Source: a virus (lineage: Duplodnaviria; Caudoviricetes). Taken from it: a stretch of 64,000 nucleotides of DNA. Of this stretch, positions 8,620 through 17,356 are shown one piece after another. Location: the IMG/VR virus record IMGVR_UViG_3300025723_000013; one strand, given 5' to 3'. Numbering within the stretch: position 1 is the first letter of the stretch; every line of letters starts with the position of its first letter. The notes beneath the pieces are model-generated. The model was not told the origin of the DNA, searched no databases, and saw nothing but the letters and a program-made list of their open reading frames with translations. Position numbers and translations under genes: made by a program.

Positions 8620-10440
8620 TTATTTTTTTAAGCCAGACAATCTCAAAATATCTTCAAAAGCCGTTTGATCCGGTTTTTCCATCATGTTTCTATTTTTGAT
8701 GTTTTGTTGTAGCACAGAATTAAATCTTTCTGGACCAAGTACTCGATGCATATGCATAAACTTTTTGGCCAATCGTGCTGCATGCGGACCACCTTCTTTT
8801 TCTATCTTGGTGATAACGCCGGTTTCGCCCAATGTAAAGGTTCCTTCCTGCACATTATAAAACCCTTGGATTCTTTCGGCTACATCTGTGGGAGAAAGTT
8901 TTTTCTTATTGGGTTCTCTTTCTATTTCTTCATCTTCTTCGGTAGGGGACGGAGGTGCTATTCCGGGTTCAGCTCCAGCAGGCGGCTGCTCTTCGGCTGG
9001 AGGAGTTTCTGGAACTTCAGGAGATGCGACTGCTTCCGGTGGAGGAGTTTCCTCCGGCTCGGCGGCTTGTTCTTCTTTATCGCTGTTATCTAGACCTAAT
9101 TCTTTGATGGCATCTTGATCATTTTTTTCATGTAACCAGGATCTCAGTATAGTTCTCATATCGCCATTGGGACCGGCTGCTTCGATAGCGTCTGATAAAT
9201 CTTGATCTAATATTCCAATATCCTCCAACGCCTGCATGGAAGGAGTGCCTTCTAATCCTGTTGTGTCTAACTCGCCGCTATCGAGAAGCTTTTTCAATTG
9301 AGAAATCTGATCGTCAGTCGGGCGGCCTTCTGCTACCTGTGTTGTCCATTCAGAAAATTCTGAAAATTCTTTTATTTCTTTTTCACACTTGCATTGGGTT
9401 TCATACATGCCACATTCGTCGCATGTTTCTTCTCGAGTTTCGCTTACCATGTCCGCTAGATTGACTTCGCCAATTTCTTGCATGATTTTGTGTATTAATG
9501 GAAAGTATTGAACTAGATTTTCATTAAATTTATTAACAGTAAATTGACTTTTGTAGTGTTCCATGGTTGCCTGATCCATGACCATTTGATCATCTTCGGA
9601 TGAGGCATGCTGACCTTCCTTCCATTCTTCGTAACCGCGTTGTGTGCTAATACGTTTCATACATTCACGCAACTGATCTAGTTTTCCACATGCTCTTTCT
9701 AAAATCTCATTGGCCTCGGTCTGCATTGTGTCATTGACCACATGATGAGCATGCTTTTTAAATGATGCCAGCTGAGCAATTTCCTCTGCCATCTTGACTA
9801 TTTTTTGTCCATGATGATCATGTGGTCTTCCATCATTGGCCACATGTCGACCCATGGCTTCGGCCAATCGTAAAGAATTTATTGGGCATTTATAACGTTC
9901 ACCTGCCTGGTTCTCCACATAGATAGCTCGGATATGTCTATGGCGACCACCGTCACTTACAGGAGCACTGTGTCTTACTATAATTTTTACTTTTTCCAAC
10001 ATGGGCAAATAACTGCTTCGTGAGCTGCCATACATTCTGCTTTCCGCCATTTTTTCTTCCTTAGATCCGGTTGATGCTAGATATTGAAAATCATCTTTGT
10101 TCAAATTGGATTTTGTTATATCTCTTGTATCAAAACGTAGCATTCTACGTTTGGCAAATAGTCTCATTTCTCTTAAAAAATCAAACCATACTCCTTGAGT
10201 AAAACGATCTTGACCTTGAAGTATTCCTTTTCCGTAAAATATTTTCAACGTGCCAACGTCATTGATGCTGATGCTGACTCTGCCAAGATTGTTGCCTTCA
10301 AATACAAAGTCAAAATCAAAAAATCGGGCTGCTAATGGATCTGATGTAATCTTGCCATTTTGATCGCCCATTTCTAGGTTAGAATAGCGACTGCGTATTT
10401 TATCAAAAAGATCTTGAGAAATGAGTTCTATAGCGTTCAT
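8620..10440 (-). CDS. Hypothetical protein, probable virion/head protein
   Basis: 606-aa ORF with own TAAATA promoter; acidic Pro-rich linker; C-terminal ILRLSGLKK. Confidence 0.7.
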   Translation of the reverse strand: MNAIELISQDLFDKIRSRYSNLEMGDQNGKITSDPLAARFFDFDFVFEGNNLGRVSISINDVGTLKIFYGKGILQGQDRFTQGVWFDFLREMRLFAKRRMLRFDTRDITKSNLNKDDFQYLASTGSKEEKMAESRMYGSSRSSYLPMLEKVKIIVRHSAPVSDGGRHRHIRAIYVENQAGERYKCPINSLRLAEAMGRHVANDGRPHDHHGQKIVKMAEEIAQLASFKKHAHHVVNDTMQTEANEILERACGKLDQLRECMKRISTQRGYEEWKEGQHASSEDDQMVMDQATMEHYKSQFTVNKFNENLVQYFPLIHKIMQEIGEVNLADMVSETREETCDECGMYETQCKCEKEIKEFSEFSEWTTQVAEGRPTDDQISQLKKLLDSGELDTTGLEGTPSMQALEDIGILDQDLSDAIEAAGPNGDMRTILRSWLHEKNDQDAIKELGLDNSDKEEQAAEPEETPPPEAVASPEVPETPPAEEQPPAGAEPGIAPPSPTEEDEEIEREPNKKKLSPTDVAERIQGFYNVQEGTFTLGETGVITKIEKEGGPHAARLAKKFMHMHRVLGPERFNSVLQQNIKNRNMMEKPDQTAFEDILRLSGLKK

Positions 10441-10446
10441 AGTGTA

Positions 10447-12042
10447 CTATTTATGTAAAGTGCTGATGTAAATCGGCATAGGCAAATCATGTTCTTCCAA
10501 ACCTTTATGATCTCGCATTTTTTCATAAATTACAGGATCCCAATCTTGTAAAATCATGATCATACGCATGGATAACAATAGGCTTGAAACCAAATCATCG
10601 TGCTGACCTGATTTTGCCTTGAATGATATGCCCGAAGCTATAAATGTTTTAAGTTCGCTGATTAAAGTTTTGCTGTTTAATTTTATTTGCTTGCTTTCAA
10701 TCAACTGCTTTAGTTTGGCACAGGCAGCAATTTTGGCTGAATGTGTGGTATTGAAGCCTCGTCGGAATCGTCTCACATGACCTTTTTTAATAGGTTCGCT
10801 TAGAAACAGTCCAGGAAAACTGTCCTCGCCCAATTCATTTATAGCCGCTATGGCGCTTTCGCCAATGGTATTATTTTCAACACTGTAGTAAATGCTACTG
10901 GTGGCGCCCATTTTATTACATTCGTCGTCTACATATTTGATCATATCTCGGAAAATTCTGGCTTGAGCTTGCACAGGAGTAGTATTATGATGCCATTCAC
11001 CCACTTGTTCTAGACTGGGTATTTCCAAAACTTCTATAGCAGCAAAATCACCACCTGTGCCCAAACTGGGGTCGAGGCTGAAAACATATGTCGAACTAGG
11101 GTCTATTCTTTTGTACCATCTGGCCTGTCCCATTTTCATAAAGGGTTCCTGCCCTTCCAGATCACTTAAACTGATGCTGTTGATCAATGTTTCACTGAAA
11201 ATCAAAAACTCGCATTGATGTTCACGACGGAATCTTTCTTCGCCCACTCTACTACGCTCAGTATCAGCCCAGGTTTCATCTCGTTCAGGATGTTGATTCC
11301 ATATGGCTTTGAATGGATAAAATCCATTTCTTCCTAATTCTGTTTCATTTCCAAACTCGTCAAATTTTTTATTAGCTTCATTCCAAATTTGAGCAAACTG
11401 ATCCTCGTCGCTGTTTGGAGTGCTAGTAATAATGGCTTTACCACCTGTGGCCAGAGTAGGGCTGATAGAGGTCCAAAATTCAACAGCAATATTGGGTTCC
11501 ACATATGCAAACTCGTCGGAGTAAAGCAAGGACACAGACATACCTCTACCTGTGGTTTCTGTAGTAGTTTGGGCTATTATTCTCGATCCGTTTTCAAATT
11601 CTACACTTTGTTTGTTATAGCTGGTAACACCTGCTCTTATCCAATCTGGGCAGGTTTCATAAGCATATCGTAATCGCTGCATGATTTCTTGTGCGCCCGA
11701 ATACTTGTGCGCGGCTATGAGAATAGTACTGTTATCCATAAACATCGCATACCATAGCAAATAACCCACCGCGGTGGTGGTTTTTCCCAGCTGCCTTCCA
11801 AGCATGTTAATGCTGAACCGATGTGTATGATAACTTTTTAGTAATTCCTCCTGATAATCATACGCCTCATATTTTAGTTTGCCCTGCACCGGATGCTGTA
11901 TAAAAAAATAATTTCTTAAGAAATGGGCAGGACCTGTGTCAGGATCTTGACATTTGATTAATTCTTCAATCTGAGCTTTGGTCCATTTTTGTTTTTGGTT
12001 TGCACGTTTTATTAAGACCCCATCGAGATTTTTACTACCCAT
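10447..12042 (-). CDS. gp17: Terminase large subunit
   Basis: GRQLGKTT Walker A, LLYSDEFAYV Walker B, ITSTPN, SLDPSLGTGGD, HDDLVSS nuclease motif. Confidence 0.95.
   Translation of the reverse strand: MGSKNLDGVLIKRANQKQKWTKAQIEELIKCQDPDTGPAHFLRNYFFIQHPVQGKLKYEAYDYQEELLKSYHTHRFSINMLGRQLGKTTTAVGYLLWYAMFMDNSTILIAAHKYSGAQEIMQRLRYAYETCPDWIRAGVTSYNKQSVEFENGSRIIAQTTTETTGRGMSVSLLYSDEFAYVEPNIAVEFWTSISPTLATGGKAIITSTPNSDEDQFAQIWNEANKKFDEFGNETELGRNGFYPFKAIWNQHPERDETWADTERSRVGEERFRREHQCEFLIFSETLINSISLSDLEGQEPFMKMGQARWYKRIDPSSTYVFSLDPSLGTGGDFAAIEVLEIPSLEQVGEWHHNTTPVQAQARIFRDMIKYVDDECNKMGATSSIYYSVENNTIGESAIAAINELGEDSFPGLFLSEPIKKGHVRRFRRGFNTTHSAKIAACAKLKQLIESKQIKLNSKTLISELKTFIASGISFKAKSGQHDDLVSSLLLSMRMIMILQDWDPVIYEKMRDHKGLEEHDLPMPIYISTLHK
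10448..10453 (-). promoter_or_regulatory. T4-type late promoter TAAATA, 7 nt before ATG
   Basis: TAAATA-GTACACT-ATG; overlaps terminase stop. Confidence 0.7.
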
Positions 12043-12047
12043 AATTA

Positions 12048-12053
12048 TATTTA
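12048..12053 (-). promoter_or_regulatory. Late promoter TAAATA, 5 nt before terminase ATG
   Basis: TAAATA-TAATT-ATG directly downstream of a terminator. Confidence 0.7.
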
Positions 12054-12056
12054 CTC

Positions 12057-12084
12057 AAAAAAATAGGCCCCGCGGGGCCTATTT
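12057..12084 (-). terminator. Rho-independent terminator
   Basis: Perfect 24-bp palindrome AAATAGGCCCCGCGGGGCCTATTT ending in a run of 7 T on the minus strand. Confidence 0.85.
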
Positions 12085-12101
12085 GATATGTTGTGTACGA
12101 T

Positions 12102-13520
12102 TTACTTTTTGGAAATATTTAAAGCAAACTGTGCACGCTTCTTTTCTTTAGGAGTTCCTGTTTTAGCAAGACTTTTCAATTCACTTTTACTAAATTTTTC
12201 ATCTTTTTTCTTGCCTTCTTGCTTGCGCAGTGCACCTTTGGTTGTGCCTTGTACAGCTTTTTTAACCCAGTTTTTTCCTTCGTCCATCGGTTTGTCCTTA
12301 TGTATTGGGCATTTGTCTTGGCCTTTCTTATCACATAAACAAACGCCTGTTCCGGCTTGACGAGTTGATGACTGTTGTGCTTTGGTTTGCGCATCAAATT
12401 TTTTCTGCCCTGCCTTTACATAAGGTTTCATTTCTTCACTGATATTTCCATGCACAGGACACTTGGTTTTTCCTTTGGTTTTGCAGCAGCATTTGTCTTT
12501 CATTGTGCTTTCCATGTAACCGCTGCATTCCTTCATACCATGCACTGGACACATTTTGCCCTTGGGTGAATGATTGCATCGAGATTCATCCACGCCAACC
12601 TTATTTCTTTCTTTTTTGGAAATTTTTTGACCTGATTTCAATTCCGCTTTGACTTGTGCTTTTTCCAACCATTTGGGCTTGTGCGGAGCTGCTTCTGCAA
12701 TAAATTCTGCATAATCGGCCAGCAATTTTTCCAAGGTAGATTCGCGGGTGGTCATGGTACTGCGACGATTTCTATCAACCAATTCATCTTTGGCGGCCAC
12801 AGCATTTTGATCTCCGTCACCAATGCGGTTAAATGTACCAGGCAGAAGCTCTTCATCTGGACTATTATCCATGGCACGGTGGCTGTGCCCGTTCATTCGA
12901 TCTTCTTCGAACTCTTCCTCGTCGTCATGGACTAGCATTTTTGAGTCTTCGTGACCTTCCATGCCATCCAGAGTCTTGATCAAATCTTTCATTTCTTGCC
13001 CTTGCGATAACACAGGCGAAGCTACCAGTTTGCTTGGTCCTGCGTCTGGTTTTTCAATGGGCATATGATCCATTTCAACCTTGTGAACACCAGCTAGATT
13101 CATGATATCTTTTAACATTCCAGACAGTTCTGGACCGTTATCGGCAGTAATATTAATGCTTGCATGTCCCCGGCTTTGTGCACCATCCATAGGCATCATT
13201 CCACATTCTTCCAGTGCTTCATTAATGCCTGACAAATAACGCAAGCTGTTTACATCTAATTCTTTCATGATTTTTCCTTCGTTGTTTCGGTTATCACTAC
13301 CGCCAATTCCATTATGTTTTTTTCCTGCAGGATCTGGATTTTCTTCATTGCCATTGCCTACCACACTCTGTGTATCGGGTGCTCCGCCTTGATAGCCATC
13401 ATAGGCAGAATTCCTATCTTCCTTGGTTTTTTTATCTTTAACCATGGGATTGATGACGTTTTTGTTGCCTTCGTCCAATTCAGCCAATCTGTTGAGAACA
13501 TTGATCATGTGCATGATCAA
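12102..13520 (-). CDS. Hypothetical protein with three Cys/His motifs and basic C-terminus; probable internal head protein
   Basis: 472 aa; C..CPVH, CCC..CPVH, CLC..CPIH; Lys-rich KNWVKKAVQG..GALRKQ..KRAQFA tail. Confidence 0.7.
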   Translation of the reverse strand: MIMHMINVLNRLAELDEGNKNVINPMVKDKKTKEDRNSAYDGYQGGAPDTQSVVGNGNEENPDPAGKKHNGIGGSDNRNNEGKIMKELDVNSLRYLSGINEALEECGMMPMDGAQSRGHASINITADNGPELSGMLKDIMNLAGVHKVEMDHMPIEKPDAGPSKLVASPVLSQGQEMKDLIKTLDGMEGHEDSKMLVHDDEEEFEEDRMNGHSHRAMDNSPDEELLPGTFNRIGDGDQNAVAAKDELVDRNRRSTMTTRESTLEKLLADYAEFIAEAAPHKPKWLEKAQVKAELKSGQKISKKERNKVGVDESRCNHSPKGKMCPVHGMKECSGYMESTMKDKCCCKTKGKTKCPVHGNISEEMKPYVKAGQKKFDAQTKAQQSSTRQAGTGVCLCDKKGQDKCPIHKDKPMDEGKNWVKKAVQGTTKGALRKQEGKKKDEKFSKSELKSLAKTGTPKEKKRAQFALNISKK

Positions 13521-14107
13521 AACTTCCTTACTTCAGGAGCCTGCTTCAATAGACTCTTGTCATTTGCTTTATCATCCACATTGTAATGTGCCTGCCCTTC
13601 GCTAGGAATTTGTTCGCCGCGTGCTTTGCGTTGCAGTTTTAATAATTCATTTAATTCTTTCACGAACCCCGAATTGTATTTGTCGCCATAATAATCTTCA
13701 AATTTGTGGTTTGGCGCTTCCTTATAATCGGGGTCATTTAATAATGCACCTTCTCTGGGTTCCGTGGGCTGCTGATATATTTCTAGATCTTCGCCAGGAT
13801 GACGAACAACCATGGCATCCTTGGTAATTCCCAAACTGGTACTGAGATACTCATGCAGCTCGCCCTGTGTGACAGGATAATCCACAGTGGCCTCGTAGAT
13901 GGTTACTTCGGCATTCTTGATTTTGGGAAAGTCTAAAGGTAATTCCTGTATGGGGGTAATCCCAACTTTCTTCCATTGAGACAGTTGGTATTTCTCCAGT
14001 AATCCCTTCATCATATCGGCCTGCTCAGGCGTAAATTTGCCCGCGACCTTGATACGGAAGTTCCATTTTTTTGTGCTTTCTGCTAGATATGTCTTAAAAT
14101 TTTTCAT
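13517..14107 (-). CDS. Hypothetical protein with capsid-targeting-like N-terminus
   Basis: 196 aa; starts MKNFKTYLAES; TAAATA at 14129-14134 and AGGA SD. Confidence 0.7.
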   Translation of the reverse strand: MKNFKTYLAESTKKWNFRIKVAGKFTPEQADMMKGLLEKYQLSQWKKVGITPIQELPLDFPKIKNAEVTIYEATVDYPVTQGELHEYLSTSLGITKDAMVVRHPGEDLEIYQQPTEPREGALLNDPDYKEAPNHKFEDYYGDKYNSGFVKELNELLKLQRKARGEQIPSEGQAHYNVDDKANDKSLLKQAPEVRKF

Positions 14108-14131
14108 AGTTAATTTGTTCCTATGCTTTAT

Positions 14132-14602
14132 TTATTTCAAATTCTTAAGTTTTTCCAATATGGAGTTTCGATCTGTCATAATATAGCCTTCGCCCTGTAC
14201 CTCATTGTCTTGTCCATGTTTTTTATCAATAGCTAGCTTTTTAAGCTGTAAATCTACCATTTTTAATTTTTTGTCTATTTTGGCACTTTTAGCTTGTATA
14301 GCTGCGTTCATCATATTGGCCGCTACTTCAAACATGCGAGCGCCATAGCGTGCTTCTACATTCATTCCTAGATCCATTAAATCGTCATAGGCCTGCTCGG
14401 CTTTGACAGCCAATGCGTCCAGTTCGGCATCACTTATATCCCCTAGTCCTTTGACTCTGGGCAAAGCCGCAGATATCTTGTCAAATTCTTCAAGTTTAGA
14501 TTGCAGATCAATAGTGGGAGGAGCCATAGTAGCTTCTTTCGCGGGAATAATGTCCTCGGTCTTGGGGTCAATGTTTAAAATTTCTTCTAATTTTTTTGTC
14601 AT
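14132..14602 (-). CDS. gp16: Probable terminase small subunit (gp16-like)
   Basis: 156 aa helical; AYDDLMDLG..ARMFEVAANMM..KMVDLQLKK and C-terminal TDRNSILEKLK parallel gp16 pattern. Confidence 0.55.
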   Translation of the reverse strand: MTKKLEEILNIDPKTEDIIPAKEATMAPPTIDLQSKLEEFDKISAALPRVKGLGDISDAELDALAVKAEQAYDDLMDLGMNVEARYGARMFEVAANMMNAAIQAKSAKIDKKLKMVDLQLKKLAIDKKHGQDNEVQGEGYIMTDRNSILEKLKNLK

Positions 14603-15036
14603 TTTTTAGTACCTAAAAATAAATCATGTTCGGTTATTATGCGGAAAATCATTCCGGCCTGTTTGCAATAATTTCTAGCTGCTTGCCATTTTACCATGTT
14701 GCGAACATACTGTGCTTGATTGTACTTGTTTTTTCCAACATTTTCCAGTATGGCCTGATTGGCAGGTTTTATTTCCCAAATCTCTGCACGTTTTTTATTT
14801 GATTTATCTACAAATACCACAAGGAAATCCGGAACGTAAACAGTGGCCTTGCCTGTTAAAGGATCACGATAAGGTATTTTAACGCTTTCGCTGGCCCATT
14901 GATGTATGGCAGGATTTTCATCGCACATTTTCATTACAGCAATTTCCCAACTTGAGCGAAATCGCGGGGTTCCTCGCCCGATGTACTTATCAGGATTTTT
15001 GAGTTTGTAACTGCCTTGTGAAAATCTTAGACTCAT
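14599..15036 (-). CDS. gp4: Head completion nuclease (gp4-like, TnsA-type)
   Basis: FRSSWE..CDEN..WASE..IPYRDP..YVPDF..WEIKP. Confidence 0.85.
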   Translation of the reverse strand: MSLRFSQGSYKLKNPDKYIGRGTPRFRSSWEIAVMKMCDENPAIHQWASESVKIPYRDPLTGKATVYVPDFLVVFVDKSNKKRAEIWEIKPANQAILENVGKNKYNQAQYVRNMVKWQAARNYCKQAGMIFRIITEHDLFLGTKK

Positions 15037-15428
15037 TTTACTTTTGGAGTATTGTCTATGATCTGTCTGGTAACTTCCTGTGATGGCTGGAATGATTGAC
15101 TAGCTCCCAGCAAACTAGTTTTCAGTCTATTATAATTTAATATTTCGGCAACCAATCCGCTAATCTCAGTTGATCCCAGTGTTCTTAATGTATCTAAAAT
15201 CTGTAGAGCATTATATCCGTCTTGCAATGCCTGCGTGAGTATTGTTATTGCTGTTGATTCTGCGGCAACTGCTTGAAAACCTCTGCTCTCAAAAAAACCC
15301 GTCATAGCGATTAGCTCGTTGTTGTTTATAGTGATTGGAGTGCTAAAGTAATTGTTCATTACCTGTATTGTTTGATCAGAGCTGGATGGAGCTTTTTGTG
15401 AAGGAATATTAGTGTACAAAGCTGTCAT
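15033..15428 (-). CDS. Hypothetical protein
   Basis: 131-aa ORF coupled to both neighbours. Confidence 0.65.
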   Translation of the reverse strand: MTALYTNIPSQKAPSSSDQTIQVMNNYFSTPITINNNELIAMTGFFESRGFQAVAAESTAITILTQALQDGYNALQILDTLRTLGSTEISGLVAEILNYNRLKTSLLGASQSFQPSQEVTRQIIDNTPKVK

Positions 15429-16603
15429 ATTATTGGTCCGACACCTAATTTTTCACTGTAGGAAGGTAACTCAACTTGCGTTGCTTGTGTGGCATTTGAG
15501 GGTTGAGATCCTGCAGGAACACTTATTCCTGCAGGATTGGTGCTTTGTGATTCATTCAAAGACTGAGATGATAATATATTTGGTCCTGAAGTTTTCAGCA
15601 GTAGACTGAAAAATTTAACATTAGAATTAGGGGGTATAAAAATACTATCTGGTAATCTGGATCCAGCAGCCGCAATTGTTTCGCTGTTTATTCTATCAAG
15701 ATCGCTGTTGCCAGGATTGTTCAAACTGCCTCTAATATCCGTAATTCCCGATACTGACCCATTTTGATCTACAACTGTGGGATTCCCTTGTCCTCCAATG
15801 CCGATGGTACTGAAGGCTGTATCATAATGTTCAGGGCTATTAAATCCACTTTGAGAAATAACGCGATTATCCGGATTGGTATCATAAATCATTGTTTCGT
15901 ATTCTATGATCATTTTGCTGGCTGCTATTTTACTTCCTGCTGACTGATCTAACGATTCATGCGACCAGTCTTTTATCAAGGGTTTGACCAATTTAAACGC
16001 TGTGTATTTCTTTTGATTTAATTGAAAAATATCTATTGATTCAATGAAAGGTATGGATTGTCCATTACTCAATCCAAATTTGTTGGAATTGCTGATGAAG
16101 TCGTTGTATTTGTTATCGCTATATTTAGGCACTGTAGACGCTTGCGTTATACTCACACGTCCGGTGTCATTGCTGTCTCCGTAATAGTATGTATAATAAC
16201 TTTTCCAAAAATTAGTTGAAAGATTTGCCATGTCATCATGAAACGTGATAGAAATTGGACTGTAATTTATTTTCTTTTGTATAATGTGCTTTCTATTATA
16301 CTGATTCATTATTTCGGTATCAATTGTGAATTTAGGCAAATCTACCTGTTTGGATAACAAACCTATAAATCCTTTGTATCTGCCATACCATCTATTAAAT
16401 TCTATATATGCAACAGTATCGGTAATAGCCTTGGCTATATCCGCATTAATGTTGATCCTTACATAATATATCCATCCAGCTTTTGGGCTAAATTCATAGA
16501 TACGATCTGGCGTACTTCTTAGATATAATCTAGAAGCATGTTGGTAGTCTCTAAGATTTACCCCAGCACTGCCGCTTAATTGATTTACCCACCCGCTTGA
16601 CAT
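15425..16603 (-). CDS. Tail tube-like / tube initiator protein (gp19/gp54 family)
   Basis: KQVDLPKFTIDTE..QYNRK..INYSPISITFHDD and LVKPLIKDWSHESLD..IEYE match tube fold. Confidence 0.7.
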   Translation of the reverse strand: MSSGWVNQLSGSAGVNLRDYQHASRLYLRSTPDRIYEFSPKAGWIYYVRININADIAKAITDTVAYIEFNRWYGRYKGFIGLLSKQVDLPKFTIDTEIMNQYNRKHIIQKKINYSPISITFHDDMANLSTNFWKSYYTYYYGDSNDTGRVSITQASTVPKYSDNKYNDFISNSNKFGLSNGQSIPFIESIDIFQLNQKKYTAFKLVKPLIKDWSHESLDQSAGSKIAASKMIIEYETMIYDTNPDNRVISQSGFNSPEHYDTAFSTIGIGGQGNPTVVDQNGSVSGITDIRGSLNNPGNSDLDRINSETIAAAGSRLPDSIFIPPNSNVKFFSLLLKTSGPNILSSQSLNESQSTNPAGISVPAGSQPSNATQATQVELPSYSEKLGVGPII

Positions 16604-16610
16604 AGTGTTT

Positions 16611-16616
16611 TATTTA
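16611..16616 (-). promoter_or_regulatory. Late promoter TAAATA, 7 nt before ATG
   Basis: TAAATA-AAACACT-ATG after terminator. Confidence 0.7.
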
Positions 16617-16621
16617 TCTAT

Positions 16622-16652
16622 AAAAAAAGGCGTAATAAATTACGCCTTTTTT
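16622..16652. terminator. Bidirectional intrinsic terminator
   Basis: AAAAAAGGCGTAAT-AA-ATTACGCCTTTTTT inverted repeat after tube gene. Confidence 0.85.
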
Positions 16653-16671
16653 ATCAGTGTATAAAAAAATA

Positions 16672-17328
16672 TTAAGCCGGAATTCCACTACCGCCGGCTC
16701 CGCCGGTAGCTAATGTTCCGGCTGTTTGCCTAATCCGCTCACCAATTCCTACTAGTGATCCAGCAGCATTGAGTTGAATGGCATTGTCATATCTAACAGT
16801 CAATGTGATCTCTAATGGATCACTGGTTTTATAATCACCTTGAGAGTATGCAGCTTTGTTTAAAAAGCAGCCATCCAATTCAAAAGTTTCTAAAACAACC
16901 GGACCATATTGGTTGCCATTTCCGCCATCTAAAATTTGTATCAACGTGGTAAATTTATAATCTATTCCGCTTACAGCACTGCTTTGTTCATAAAAGTCAA
17001 ATTGCTTTTGAAGCTGTTCGCCAACCAGTCTACTGACGTTGCCTTGTGCATCATCTCTAATTTTGATTTCAACGTCATCCCACTTGGCCTTGCCTGCTAG
17101 TTTGATTCGACTATTATAAACATCTAGAGTGATGTCATCAAAACTGGGTGATGGTCTACCTGCACTCATAACTTGTTTGGTCAATTCGGTAGTGGGTTTT
17201 GTAACACCAAAATTTTCAAAAAGTACGCGAAAACGATATGCCAGTTTTGGCATCAGCAGCCCTTGATTGGATGCACTCTGAGATGTGTCTAACGGTACTC
17301 CTAAATTGCTTAAACTTGAAATTGCCAT
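16672..17328 (-). CDS. gp19: Tail tube protein
   Basis: MPKLAYRFRV, LTKQVMSAGRP, AGKAKWDDVEIKIRDD, TFELDGCFL, LTVRYDNA; follows sheath. Confidence 0.85.
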   Translation of the reverse strand: MAISSLSNLGVPLDTSQSASNQGLLMPKLAYRFRVLFENFGVTKPTTELTKQVMSAGRPSPSFDDITLDVYNSRIKLAGKAKWDDVEIKIRDDAQGNVSRLVGEQLQKQFDFYEQSSAVSGIDYKFTTLIQILDGGNGNQYGPVVLETFELDGCFLNKAAYSQGDYKTSDPLEITLTVRYDNAIQLNAAGSLVGIGERIRQTAGTLATGGAGGSGIPA

Positions 17329-17356
17329 TTAATGCTCCTTGTTCTATTTTGTTAAA

